Below, in pieces: positions 53,060-63,113 of a DNA stretch of 64,000 bases (the stretch's first letter is position 1; each line of letters opens with the position of its first letter). The notes under the pieces were generated by a model. It did no database searches and was not told the DNA's origin. It worked only from the letters and a program-made list of their open reading frames with translations. Source of the DNA: an uncultured delta proteobacterium (lineage in GTDB: Bacteria; Desulfobacterota; Desulfobaccia; Desulfobaccales; 0-14-0-80-60-11); NCBI GenBank assembly GCA_963808395.1, contig CAWEFJ010000031.1, positions 190,384 to 254,383 on the forward strand, written 5' to 3'. The position numbers and the translations under genes were made by a program.

Positions 53060-53758
53060 CTAGGTGGGTGAAGAAGCCTGAGTAAAAGCCTTAACTGCTG
53101 AGAATGCCTTCGAATTCCTCAAGTAATTGAAGATGGTCATCTGTTTGGAGAGGAGCCACAGAATAATAACGTTTTTCTCCATAAGGGGTATTCTCTGCCC
53201 TTTCAAATCTAAAAGGGGTGGAGGAGTTACCGAGATAGGTTCGGTCCCAAATATAATACCAGATGTTTCATATTTTGCCGGATAATGACCTTTAATAAGG
53301 GATGTTAAATGTTCTGAAAATTTTGCTAATTTAGGATTAAGTGCATTTAAAGACTTATCAGTCTTAACCCATAATTCGCTAAGATAAACCTTCGATCTAA
53401 GAACCTCCTGATATGGCACTAAACCAAATTCATTAGCCAACCGATTAAGGAATTCATCAAGAAAGGCATCAGATTGCTTAGTAGATGAACGTGTATCAAC
53501 CACAAAACCATCACTAAAAATAGTAAGCTCAACACCTATATCATGTTGCAAATGGTTTCGAAAACTACCTCCTGCCAATTTGAACCCTTTAGTAAAATCA
53601 ATATCACTTGGTTTAGTTGGAATATCAGGAACTTGCAAGAACTTATACTTTTTTACGATAGGATCAATAAAAGACCATTCATTAAGTCCATGCGGATTTA
53701 GATCAATTGTACGAATAAACCAAAGATAATGTGCTGTCTTAACCGAAAGCAGCTTCAT
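53060..53758 (-). CDS. Hypothetical protein, third gene of the toxin/XRE operon
   Basis: - 232-aa ORF with no motif recognised.
- Its start overlaps the XRE gene end by 20 nt.
- After ..PISVTPPP, a C/T run probably hides a frame change.
- The alternative frame reads FRFERAENTPYGEKRYYSVAPLQTDDHLQLLEEFEGILSS and stops at 53091. Confidence 0.45.
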   Translation of the reverse strand: MKLLSVKTAHYLWFIRTIDLNPHGLNEWSFIDPIVKKYKFLQVPDIPTKPSDIDFTKGFKLAGGSFRNHLQHDIGVELTIFSDGFVVDTRSSTKQSDAFLDEFLNRLANEFGLVPYQEVLRSKVYLSELWVKTDKSLNALNPKLAKFSEHLTSLIKGHYPAKYETSGIIFGTEPISVTPPPLLDLKGQRIPLMEKNVIILWLLSKQMTIFNYLRNSKAFSAVKAFTQASSPT

Positions 53759-54333
53759 TGATTTTCTCCATCCCTGAAGTAGGTTCTGGTGACTGCCTTT
53801 TTGATCGCTTTTGTTTTGCTTCCCTTAGTTTAGCTAATTCATCGGGCGGCTTCGCTTGAGGCGGTTGTAATTCTTGAGGTGGTGCTGTGGGATAAAGGTG
53901 TTCTAATATCCCCTTCCCAGACATGAGAAAACCGGCGCTTCCAACAACATTTATTTCAGGCGGTTTGAAATAGGGGTTTTCCTCAAAATTAACGGGTCCC
54001 AATTTTTCAGGAGAAAGGTTAAGTTCCCATTGAACCAATTGGCTAATGGTAGAAAATCTGACTATCAGAGCAACATCAAAGGCAGAGGCTATCTTTTTTA
54101 ATGTTGAAATCCTAGGAGATCTTTGGATAGTTAGGGTTTTCAAGCGCAGAAATCCTTTCTTGCTTCATTCCAACAAGGTCAGCCAATTCTTTTTGAGTCC
54201 ATCCTCTTTGCTTGCGTAATGCTCGAATTTGGACTGGAATTCCAGTACCAATATGAGCAGACACAAAAGCGTCTCGATATTCCTTATTCCTTAGTTCATT
54301 TTTAAATTTCTCACTTATCTTCATTATATTCAC
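53739..54333 (-). CDS. XRE-family HTH antitoxin-like protein with long Pro-rich/basic C-terminal extension (one frame change as assembled near 54120)
   Basis: Piece 54112-54333 (IRALRKQRGWTQKELADLVGMKQERISALE) continues in 53739-54143 (SPRISTLKKIASAFDVALIVRF). Confidence 0.65.
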
Positions 54334-54721
54334 CTGTATACTTTTCCTTATTTTGTTGTATTATTTCATATCTTTTCTTGGCTGTTTCACGAGCTTCAGA
54401 AGGTTCCCAACTCGGGTGTTTTCTTTTGCCACTCTTTTTCCGAGCGCCAATTACTAAGGTAAATTCTTTTTCTCCCGGACCATAAAAGCCTAATGGCCGA
54501 TACTCAACATTTGTGCCACTAATTATAACTTCATAAATAGGGTCATATTTTTTACCTTGAAGTTTCTTGACAAGAGGAGGTTCCCAAACTTCCACTTTCT
54601 TCATGTAAGCTAAACGCCGTTTGATAATGGCTCTATCTGCTGGCGGCAAACTAGCTAACCATCTGCCTACGACATCAATCCCCTTTTCGTTAATGAAGAC
54701 CTTAAATGCCCAGTCACTCAT
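54311..54721 (-). CDS. RelE/HigB superfamily toxin, Gp49-like (DUF891-type)
   Basis: 136 aa. W..KVF..., LVKKLQGKKYDPIYEVII...YRPLGFYGPGEKEFTLVIGARKK pattern. Overlaps the XRE gene by 23 nt. Confidence 0.6.
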   Translation of the reverse strand: MSDWAFKVFINEKGIDVVGRWLASLPPADRAIIKRRLAYMKKVEVWEPPLVKKLQGKKYDPIYEVIISGTNVEYRPLGFYGPGEKEFTLVIGARKKSGKRKHPSWEPSEARETAKKRYEIIQQNKEKYTGEYNEDK

Positions 54722-54760
54722 AATTTATAACATAAATATTATAAATCAAGGGGAAACTTG

Positions 54761-54789
54761 TTGACGAAATATATTCTTTAGATTATATT
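54761..54789 (+). promoter_or_regulatory. Sigma-70-type promoter candidate for the tRNA gene
   Basis: TTGACG (54761-54766), 17-nt spacer, TATATT (54784-54789), 54 nt upstream of the tRNA 5' end. Confidence 0.4.
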
Positions 54790-54842
54790 TCAAAAAAAAT
54801 GGCCTGCCGCCGAGGTTAGGGGCCAGAGCGACAAGCCATTTT

Positions 54843-54915
54843 GGGGCCGTAGTTCATCGGACAGAACCGCGGACTACTAATCCGCTTGTAGGGGGTTCAA
54901 ATCCCCCCGGCCCCA
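54843..54915 (+). tRNA. Class I tRNA whose anticodon reads ACU as assembled; isotype unresolved (loop one base from tRNA-Arg ACG)
   Basis: Clean 73-nt cloverleaf:
- Acceptor GGGGCCG/CGGCCCC
- D arm GTTC-ATCGGACA-GAAC
- Anticodon arm GCGGA-CTACTAA-TCCGC
- 5-nt variable loop
- T arm GGGGG-TTCAAAT-CCCCC
- Discriminator A

CCA is not encoded. Confidence 0.8.
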
Positions 54916-55033
54916 CCTTTGTCCTCAGCCTATTTAAATTTATTTTGATTGTCAATCAATTTGTTTCTTGACAAGCTTAACCAAACTACGGCTTGCCTTT
55001 GAGAAAGGGCGTGGTAAGGTATAGGGGCCGTAA

Positions 55034-55438
<405 letters not shown>

Positions 55439-55443
55439 CCCCG

Positions 55444-55466
55444 GAAACCCCGGTTTTTGGGGTTTC
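55444..55466 (+). terminator. Stem-loop after glnB
   Basis: GAAACCCC-GGTTTTT-GGGGTTTC, 6 nt after the stop. No clear U-tail. Confidence 0.35.
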
Positions 55467-55528
55467 TCCCTGATCCGCCGCCTCACCCAGGCGCCCGCAA
55501 GTGGCCTGGCAGGATGAGAATTGCTAGT

Positions 55529-55719
55529 GTGATGCTTCATAATTGCCAGGACATTTCAAACTACGGTTTTTTAACCCACCTTTGAAAAAGGGGGGCAGGG
55601 GGGATTTAAAATAACCTCCTGAAATCCCCCTAATCCCCCTTTTCCAAAGGGGGACTTTAATACCTTTGGAACCCAGGTTTTCTTGATTTAATGCCTTACT
55701 ATTTACGAAGCACAACACT
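55529..55719 (+). repeat. ~190-bp MITE-like repeat family, copy C
   Basis: Colinear with 12418-12610 over its whole length, with a few substitutions. Confidence 0.85.
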
Positions 55720-55783
55720 AGAATGAAGCGGTCGGCTCGCGCCATGGGCAGCCCCGAGCCTTGAACGCCGCCCTGAAAGGTCG

Positions 55784-56563
55784 ATGTCCCTGCGAAAGAA
55801 CCACCCACCCCCCCAGCCCGCCGAGGAACTGGCCTATTTCGGCTACCGGCCGGTGGCCGCCGCCGACAAAGAGAAGCTGGTGCGCCGGCATTTCGACACG
55901 GTGTCGGCCCGCTACGATTTTATGAACACCCTGCTGAGCTTCGGGCTCCACCACCTGTGGAAACGCACCGCGGTGCGGCTCCTGGGGCTGAAGCCGGGGG
56001 ATCGGGTCATCGACATCTGCGGCGGCACCGCCGACCTGGCCCTCCTGGCCGCCAAAGAGATTGGCGCCCGCGGCCGGGTGCTGGTCTACGACATCAACCG
56101 GGCCATGCTGGAGGCGGGCCGGCCCAAGGTGGCCCGCTCCGGGATGGCGGCCCGCATCGCGTTTCTCCAGGGGGACGCGGAGCGCCTCTCCTGTGCCGCT
56201 GCCGGTTTCGACGCGGCCATGGTAGGCTTCGGCATCCGCAACCTGACCCATCCCGAGCTGGGGTTTAAGGAGATGCACCGGGCCTTGAAGCCCGGCGGCA
56301 AGCTCATGTGCCTCGAGTTTTCCCAACCCCTCACTTCCTGGTTCCGGCGGCTCTACGATTTTTATTCCTTTTACCTGATGCCTTTGCTGGGCCGGATCTT
56401 TGTGGGCTCCTGGCAGGCCTACACCTATCTGCCCGAGTCCATCCGCATGTTTGCCCGCCCGGAGGAGGTATCGGCCACCCTGGCGGGCCTGGGCTTCAAA
56501 GAGATCCGCTTCCGGCGCCTCACCAACGGCATCGCGGTGATCCACCTGGCGGTGAAGGCATGA
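55784..56563 (+). CDS. ubiE: Demethylmenaquinone/ubiquinone C-methyltransferase
   Basis: 259 aa. RRHFDTVSARYDFMNTLLSFGLHHLWKR and SAM motif VIDICGGTADL. Confidence 0.88.
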   Translation: MSLRKNHPPPQPAEELAYFGYRPVAAADKEKLVRRHFDTVSARYDFMNTLLSFGLHHLWKRTAVRLLGLKPGDRVIDICGGTADLALLAAKEIGARGRVLVYDINRAMLEAGRPKVARSGMAARIAFLQGDAERLSCAAAGFDAAMVGFGIRNLTHPELGFKEMHRALKPGGKLMCLEFSQPLTSWFRRLYDFYSFYLMPLLGRIFVGSWQAYTYLPESIRMFARPEEVSATLAGLGFKEIRFRRLTNGIAVIHLAVKA

Positions 56564-57156
56564 AGCTCAACCAGGCCGAGCGGCTGCTGGTCAACAACCC
56601 GGTGCGGCTCATGATCCAGCGCCTCATGGTCCGCTGGCTCGGTAAAACCGTGTCCCCGGGCCCAGGCGCCAGGCTCCTGGAGGTGGGCTGTGGCCGGGGC
56701 GCCGGGGCCGCTCTCCTCCTGGAGAAATTTCAGCCCGGGGCGCTGCATGCCCTGGACCTGGACCGGCGCATGATCCGGCAGGCCCAGGCCTCCCTGCCAC
56801 CGGAGCAGCAACGCCGCATCTTTCTGGGCGTGGCCGACGTCCTCCACCTCCCTTACCGGGACGGCGCCCTGGATGGGGTCTTCGGCTTCGGGGTGCTGCA
56901 CCATCTGCCGGACTGGCGGGGCGGCCTGGCCGAGATCGCCCGGGTCCTGAAACCCGGCGGCTTTTACTTCCTGGAGGAATACTACCCAGCCTTTTACCAG
57001 AATTTCCTGACCCGCCGCCTCTTCCGGCATCCGGAAACCGACCGCTTTGAGGGCGGCGATTTGCGCCGCGGCCTGAAAGCCGCCGGGTTTTCCCTGGCCG
57101 CCTGCCTGGAGCAAAGACAGTCGGTCATCCTGGCGGTGGTCGTCAAAGAGGCTTAG
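56560..57156 (+). CDS. Class I SAM-dependent methyltransferase
   Basis: ATG 56560 overlaps the ubiE TGA. Motif I LLEVGCGRGAG. 198 aa. Confidence 0.75.
   Translation: MKLNQAERLLVNNPVRLMIQRLMVRWLGKTVSPGPGARLLEVGCGRGAGAALLLEKFQPGALHALDLDRRMIRQAQASLPPEQQRRIFLGVADVLHLPYRDGALDGVFGFGVLHHLPDWRGGLAEIARVLKPGGFYFLEEYYPAFYQNFLTRRLFRHPETDRFEGGDLRRGLKAAGFSLAACLEQRQSVILAVVVKEA
57063..57150 (+). repeat. Direct repeat copy 1 (3' end of the methyltransferase gene)
   Basis: GCGCCGCGGCCTGAAAGCCGCCGGGTTTTCCCTGGCCGCCTGCCTGGAGCAAAGACAG..GTCAAAGA. Repeated at 57987-58074 with a few mismatches. Confidence 0.85.
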
Positions 57157-57244
57157 GTGCAGAACGCCAGTTTCCGTTATCTCTAAAGCCTTTCACAAAG
57201 ATTAGCCCTGCCGCGCTCGCCCTAGCGGCGCATCATAACCCATA

Positions 57245-57547
57245 TTATCCAAGGGCAGCCAATCCCTTACGATCGATAAGATCCAGAAGGCGTTGCGCCG
57301 GGCCGCTTGGTCTTTTCTGCCCGTGCTCCCATTGTTGAACCGTTGTTTTGCCTATGCCCAGGAACGCCGCGAACACAGCTTGACTTACATGGTTGGCCAT
57401 GCGGATGCGCCGGATATCCTCGGGCCGAAACGTCCGTTGGGGCGGCAAGCAAAGTGCCTTAACCTTGCGCATGGTAATTTCGTCCATGGCCCCGGCCTTG
57501 AACAGATCGCGTGCCATACCATGGGCAATATCCAAAATCTCACTCAT
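57245..57547 (-). CDS. HTH-type antitoxin (COG2944/NadS-like)
   Basis: 100 aa. IRRIRMANHVSQAVFAAFLGIGKTTVQQWEHGQKRPSGPA. Overlaps the toxin gene by 8 nt. Confidence 0.75.
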   Translation of the reverse strand: MSEILDIAHGMARDLFKAGAMDEITMRKVKALCLPPQRTFRPEDIRRIRMANHVSQAVFAAFLGIGKTTVQQWEHGQKRPSGPAQRLLDLIDRKGLAALG

Positions 57548-57920
57548 GGTGTTGTACCTCCGCTATGGAGCCTTTCTTCAAAAGTGAGGCCAGTTGCGCA
57601 TCCGTTGCCGAAATAAAAGCCTCGGCAACCAGGATTAATGCTTCTTTTTCCTTATCTGAAATATCAGCCTTGGCATTTTTGGCGAACGCATAAAGGAAAA
57701 TAATCCGTTCCGCATTTGGCCTTTGGTATCCTATAAGGGTGCGATAGCTGCCACGCTTTCCACTCCCTTCGCGGGCTAACCGTTTTTTAAATAGGTAGCC
57801 GCCAAGATCATCTTCCACCTGCCCCGCGACGATCTCCACCGCCGCTTGCAGCAAGATGGAATCCGCAATGCCTTCGGCGTGTGCCCAGCGGGCAAACCAT
57901 TTATTTTTGAATACCCGCAT
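57540..57920 (-). CDS. RelE/ParE-superfamily toxin (COG4737-like)
   Basis: 126 aa. MRVFKNKWFARWA...GGYLFKKRLAREGSGKRGSYRTLIGY...IFLYAFAKNAKADIS. Confidence 0.75.
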   Translation of the reverse strand: MRVFKNKWFARWAHAEGIADSILLQAAVEIVAGQVEDDLGGYLFKKRLAREGSGKRGSYRTLIGYQRPNAERIIFLYAFAKNAKADISDKEKEALILVAEAFISATDAQLASLLKKGSIAEVQHHE

Positions 57921-57986
57921 TCTCCATAAAATATATCACCTAGTGATATACTTTGCAAGTCTTATCCTGAGGCCGGCGTAGGCTCG

Positions 57987-58074
57987 GCGCCGCGGCCTGA
58001 AAGACGCCGGGTTTTCCCTGGCCGCCTGCCTGGAGCAAAGACAGGCGGTCATCCTGGCGGTGGTGCGTCAAAGA
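57987..58074 (+). repeat. Direct repeat copy 2
   Basis: Second copy of the 88-bp segment, non-coding here. Together the two copies bracket the toxin-antitoxin cassette. Confidence 0.85.
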
Positions 58075-58108
58075 AGCGGTTTGAGTTATCTTCTTCCGGC
58101 CCACGACC

Positions 58109-59116
58109 TTACTCCTCAAGGCTTATAACAATCTTGCCGATTGATGTATGACTTGCCAGACGTCGATGCGCCTCCTGAACATTTTCGACTGTTAAGCCTT
58201 TAAGGATCGTGTTTGCCGTGGATTTGATTTTCTGGTGATCGATCAGATCCGCCACGATTCCCAGAATCTTGCCTTGGGTTTCCGGATGAAACCCAAACAT
58301 GGATTTGGCAAACATGAACTCCCAGGCGATATGCGCGGCTTTGCGCTTGAACGGGACAATATCTAAGGTCTGCGGGTCGTCTATCAGGCCAAACCCGCCA
58401 AAGGGCCGGAGGATATCGGGTAGCTGGGCCAGGTAATCCTGCGTATGGGTCGTCGAGAAGATATAATCGAATTGTTTTAGGCCGAAGGCTTCCATGCCTT
58501 TGGCCAGAGGCTGGCGGCGGTCAATCACCCCGCTCACTCCGAGTTCGCCGAGCCATTTGTTGGAGGCCTCGGACCCCGAGGTCGCAAACACGCGTCCTTC
58601 TTGGGTCAGCGCTTTGATCAACTGAATGGCGATAGACGCCACGCCGCCGGCGCCGCCAATGACCAGCAGGTCAAAAGGCTTATTTTGGGGTACTTGTAAT
58701 TGCTCGAACAGCATTTCATAAGCCGTCAGGGACGTCAGCGGCAATGCCGCCGCCTCTGCAAACGTGAGGCTTTTCGGCTTATGGGCGACCAGCCGGTGAT
58801 CCACCGCCTGCAACTCCGCGTTGCTGCCTTGCCGGGTCAGGTCTCCGGCATAGAAGACTGCATCGCCCCCCCTAAAACCGCGTACGCCGTCCCCGCCGGC
58901 CACCACGACTCCCGCAGCATCCCAGCCCAAGATCACCGGCGTGTCCTGACTTCCGGCACGGGAAGCGCGGACTTTGTAGTCTACGGGATTGACGGACACC
59001 GCTTTGATTTTCACCAGCAGATCCAGGGGGCCACTGGCAGGCACTGGAAGTTCAAATACCTGTAATCCGGCGGAAAAATTTGGGTCCGTTGGCTGGATGT
59101 ACCCGATGGCTTTCAT
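58109..59116 (-). CDS. Zinc-type alcohol dehydrogenase-like / quinone oxidoreductase (MDR family)
   Basis: 335-aa intact ORF. VKIKAVSVNPVDYKVR and NAD(P) fold LVIGGAGGVASIAIQL. Confidence 0.8.
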   Translation of the reverse strand: MKAIGYIQPTDPNFSAGLQVFELPVPASGPLDLLVKIKAVSVNPVDYKVRASRAGSQDTPVILGWDAAGVVVAGGDGVRGFRGGDAVFYAGDLTRQGSNAELQAVDHRLVAHKPKSLTFAEAAALPLTSLTAYEMLFEQLQVPQNKPFDLLVIGGAGGVASIAIQLIKALTQEGRVFATSGSEASNKWLGELGVSGVIDRRQPLAKGMEAFGLKQFDYIFSTTHTQDYLAQLPDILRPFGGFGLIDDPQTLDIVPFKRKAAHIAWEFMFAKSMFGFHPETQGKILGIVADLIDHQKIKSTANTILKGLTVENVQEAHRRLASHTSIGKIVISLEE

Positions 59117-59539
59117 AATCTCCTCCAGGCGTCCACCAGGTCCACCTTCCGGGTTATCTGGGGGACATGACCGGCAAAGTTATTGATCAAGGCTCCGGTA
59201 CCTTGCAATCCTTGCTCTCCGGTCTTAATTTTTCATTTAAAAGTCACCTGACTCCGGGGTGATAATCTACAGCTTATCGCGTGCAGGTTCCAGGAGGAAC
59301 ATTTATTTTTTATACAATTTTCGGTAGGTAGCTTACTGATTTATGTATTAATTTAAATTAGATAGAGAATTGTTCCACCCGGTGCGAAAAAGTATGCCAC
59401 GTCTGAAAGGCTGCCCACGGATTTTTCAGGTGCGGCAAGCTCCTCTCAGCGATCCTGATAATCCTACAGGCGATCCGTCGCATCCGTTCAGCGTTTGATT
59501 TTTCCAAAATGTAAAGACCCTGGAGACCTGGGGGGATAA

Positions 59540-60464
59540 ATGAAGAGAAAGAAATATTTCGTTTTTGCCGGCTTGGTTATCCCTAGGCGCCGTAACTTTC
59601 CTCGGAGGTTGCAGCACGATACTCTTGTTCGACCCCAAAGGACCGATCGGCGAGGCGGAGCGGTTCCTCATCATTGCGGCCATCGCGCTCATGCTGATCG
59701 TCATCATTCCCGTCTTCATCATGGATTTCTGGTTTCCCCTGAAGTACAGAGCTTCCAATACCCAATCGACTTATATGCCGAAATGGAGTTATTCCGCTAA
59801 AATCGATTTTATCATGTGGGCGGTTCCCATTGCCATTGTCACGGTTCTGGCGATTCTGGCCTGGACCAACACCCATGCTCTGGATCCCTATAAGCCCATC
59901 CCTTCGGCCGAAAAGCCCATCAACATCGAAGCCGTATCCCTGGATTGGAAATGGCTCTTCATCTACCCGGATCAAAATATCGCCACCGTCAATCAAATCA
60001 CTTTTCCCGTCAATGTTCCGGTCAGCTTCAAACTCACCTCGGACACCGTAATGACTTCCTTCTTCATCCCGCAGCTGGGCAGCCAGATTTACGCCATGGC
60101 AGGCATGCAAACCCGATTGCACCTCCTGGCTGATAAACCAGGCACTTATGCCGGTCACAATCAGCAATTCAGCGGTCCCGGTTACGCTGACATGTATTTC
60201 AAGGCGAATGCGGTTTCCCGTGAAGAGTTTCAAGCGTGGGTGCAAAAGATCAGACAATCTCCGGAAAAGCTTGATCTGGACCGATATGAGAAGCTCGCCA
60301 AGCCGAGCGTCGGCCACCCCGTGATCTATTTCTCTTCAGTCAAGCCCGGTCTGTTTGAGTATATCCTGCGCAAATTTGATCCGACTTGGGGCAAAAATCC
60401 CGGTCCTATGAGCGGAGGATCCGTTTCTACACACGCAAGAACCGACGTTGCGGAGGAAAATTGA
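59540..60464 (+). CDS. cyoA: Cytochrome bo3-type quinol oxidase subunit II
   Basis: Colinear with CyoA (lipobox [22 protein letters not shown]). Either ATG 59540 with a frame change near 59578, or a TTG start at 59565. Confidence 0.88.
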
Positions 60465-60465
60465 T

Positions 60466-62447
60466 ATGTTTGGAAAATTAAGCCTTGCCGCGATTCCGTA
60501 TGACCAACCAATCACGATAGGCGCCGTAGGTGGTGCGGTTCTCCTGGGCTTGGTGATCCTGGGCTTGATCACTTACTACAGAAAGTGGACCTACCTTTAC
60601 AAAGAATGGCTGACCAGCCTCGACCACAAAAAGATCGGCATCATGTACATTATCCTCGCCTTGGTCATGCTGCTGCGCGGGTTCTCCGACGCCATCCTGA
60701 TGCGCGCTCAGCAGGCCGTTGCCGCGGGCGGCTCCCCTGGCTTTCTGACCCCTGAGCACTTCGATCAGATATTCAGCGCTCACGGCTCGATCATGATCGT
60801 CTTCATGGCCATGCCGTTTCTGGTCGGGTTGATGAATATCGTGGTGCCGCAGCAAATCGGCGCACGCGATGTAGCCTTTCCCTTTATGAATTCGCTCAGT
60901 CTCTGGCTAACCGCAGCCGGGGCGTTGCTGGTCATGGTATCTCTGGGTGTGGGTGAGTTTTCCCAAGCCGGATGGTCGGGATATGCCCCGCTGACCGAAA
61001 AAACCTACAGCCCCGGCACCGGGGTGGACTATTGGATATGGGCCTTCCAGATCGCCGGTATCGGCTCGACCATGACCGGTATCAATTTTCTCGTCACCAT
61101 CATGAAAATGCGCGCTCCCGGCATGAAGGCCATGCGGATGCCGTTGTTTGTTTGGACTGCTTTTTGCACCAACGTGCTCATGGTTTGGGCCTTTCCGGTT
61201 CTGACGGCCGCTCTCGCCATGATAACCCTCGATCGCTACCTGGGTATGCATTTTTTCACCAACACGCTCGGCGGCAACATGATGATGTATGCCAACCTGT
61301 TCTGGACCTGGGGGCATCCCGAGGTTTATATCGTGATCCTGCCGGCTTTCGGGATCTTTTCGGAGGTCGTCGCCACTTTCTCCGGAAAACGGCTGTTCGG
61401 CTATGCATCCATGGTCTATGCCACTGCGGTCATCACGATTCTGTCCTTTTCCGTCTGGGTGCATCATTTTTTCACCATGGGCGCCAGCCCGAACGTCAAC
61501 CTCTTTTTCGGGATTGCCACCATGATGATTGCCATCCCCACCGGGGTGAAGACCTTCAACTGGCTTTTCACCATGTATCGCGGCCGCATCAGGTTTACTA
61601 CGCCGATGTACTGGACCCTGGGGTTCATCGTGACCTTCGCCATCGGCGGGGCTGCAGGCGTCCTGCTGTCTGTGCCACCCGCTGATTACGTGCTCCACAA
61701 CAGCCTGTTTCTGATCGCGCATTTCCACAATGTGCTGATCCCCGGTACGCTGTTCGGCTTTTTTGCAGGTTATTATTATTGGTTCCCCAAGGCCATCGGC
61801 TTTCGTTTGCAGGAAAATTGGGGCAAACGCGCCTTCTGGTGCTGGCTGATCGGCTTTTATCTTGCCTTTATTCCCCTGTATGTGCTGGGCTTCATGGGCA
61901 TGCCCCGCCGCATGGCGCATTATGCCACCCCGGCCTGGCATCCCTATCTGCTCGTCGCCGCATTGGGTGCGGCCGTGATCGCGCTCGGCATCGTCTTTCT
62001 GGGAATTCAATTGCTCGTCAGCATTAAGGAGCGCCAGGCCCTCAGCGATCCGACCGGCGATCCCTGGGACGGCCGCACCTTGGAGTGGATGACCTCTTCT
62101 CCTCCCGCGGTCTATAACTTCGCGAAAATACCCGTCGTAGATGAAATCGATGCCTTTATGGACATGAAGGAAAAAGGCGCTCGCCTATCGGCGGCCGGAT
62201 CAATATAGCGACATCGAGATGCCGAAAAACGCGCCGCACGGCTTTATCATCGGCGCGATTGGCTTTCGTGTTCGGATTTGCCATGATCTGGTACATCTGG
62301 TGGCTGGCCATACTGGCCGCTCTGGGTATGCTTTTCACGGTCATTGCCCGCTCAATCGACGACGACATCCATTACATCATACCCGCCGCCGAGGTCGAGC
62401 GGATCGAAAATGAACGCTATCGACAGTTGGCCGCCGTCGCGAAGTGA
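60466..62447 (+). CDS. cyoB: Cytochrome bo3-type quinol oxidase subunit I (two frame changes near the 3' end as assembled)
   Basis: [16 protein letters not shown].. is highly similar to CyoB throughout ([17 protein letters not shown]). The C-terminus continues in frames 62219-62413 and 62259-62447 ([15 protein letters not shown]). Confidence 0.92.
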
Positions 62448-62495
62448 CGTCCCGCAGGCGAACAGACCATCCCAGAACCTGTAGCGGAGATGTAA

Positions 62496-63113
62496 ATGAT
62501 GACCACAGACGCTTCGACCATCGGCGCCGCTCATAACGAAGAAGTTGGACACCCCGATACCGTCGCGATTCAGACATTCGGTTTCTGGCTCTATCTGATG
62601 AGCGATCTCATCATATTTGCGACGCTCTTCGCTACTTTTGCCGTCTTGGGCCGCAACTATGCCGGCGGACCGACGGGGAAGGAATTGTTTGACCTGCCTT
62701 ACCTGTTGGGTGAAACCTTGTTCCTGCTGTTCAGCAGCGTAACCTATGGTCTGGTCATGCTGGCCGTGCACGACGGCAAGAAGAAGTGGGTTCTGATCGG
62801 ACTCGCCGTTACCTTTCTGCTGGGGCTCGGATTTGTCTCCATGGAAATCAATGAGTTCCACCGCCTGATTGCCGAGGGCCACGGACCGGACCGCAGCGCC
62901 TTCCTTTCGAGTTTTTTCACCCTGGTAGGGACTCACGGCGCCCATGTGACTTTCGGGCTGATCTGGATGGCGGTCATGATAGGTCAGGTCGCCGTCAAAG
63001 GGTTGACCTCTCCCGTTCAATCACGGCTGATGCGTCTGAGTATGTTCTGGCATTTTCTGGATATCATCTGGATCGGCATATTCAGTATCGTCTACCTGAT
63101 GGGAGTTGTGTAA
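62496..63113 (+). CDS. cyoC: Cytochrome bo3-type quinol oxidase subunit III
   Basis: 205 aa. FGFWLYLMSDLIIFATLFATF and SMFWHFLDIIWI. Confidence 0.9.
   Translation: MMTTDASTIGAAHNEEVGHPDTVAIQTFGFWLYLMSDLIIFATLFATFAVLGRNYAGGPTGKELFDLPYLLGETLFLLFSSVTYGLVMLAVHDGKKKWVLIGLAVTFLLGLGFVSMEINEFHRLIAEGHGPDRSAFLSSFFTLVGTHGAHVTFGLIWMAVMIGQVAVKGLTSPVQSRLMRLSMFWHFLDIIWIGIFSIVYLMGVV

Noticed and set aside
52846-53085. Plus-strand reading ..EKNPHAVALGKSGGLKGGKARAKKLSAE-TAA-RKEPARKAAKARWVKKPE, resembling the basic tail of small phage or TA-associated proteins.
   Set aside because: It has no start codon and an internal TAA, so it looks like a decayed remnant. The antisense 73-aa ORF 52836-53057 in the track is its shadow.
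59540-59600. Programmed frameshift at the cyoA start.
   Set aside because: There is no slippery heptamer or downstream structure. Given the window-wide indel pattern, a TTG start at 59565 or a simple indel error explains it.
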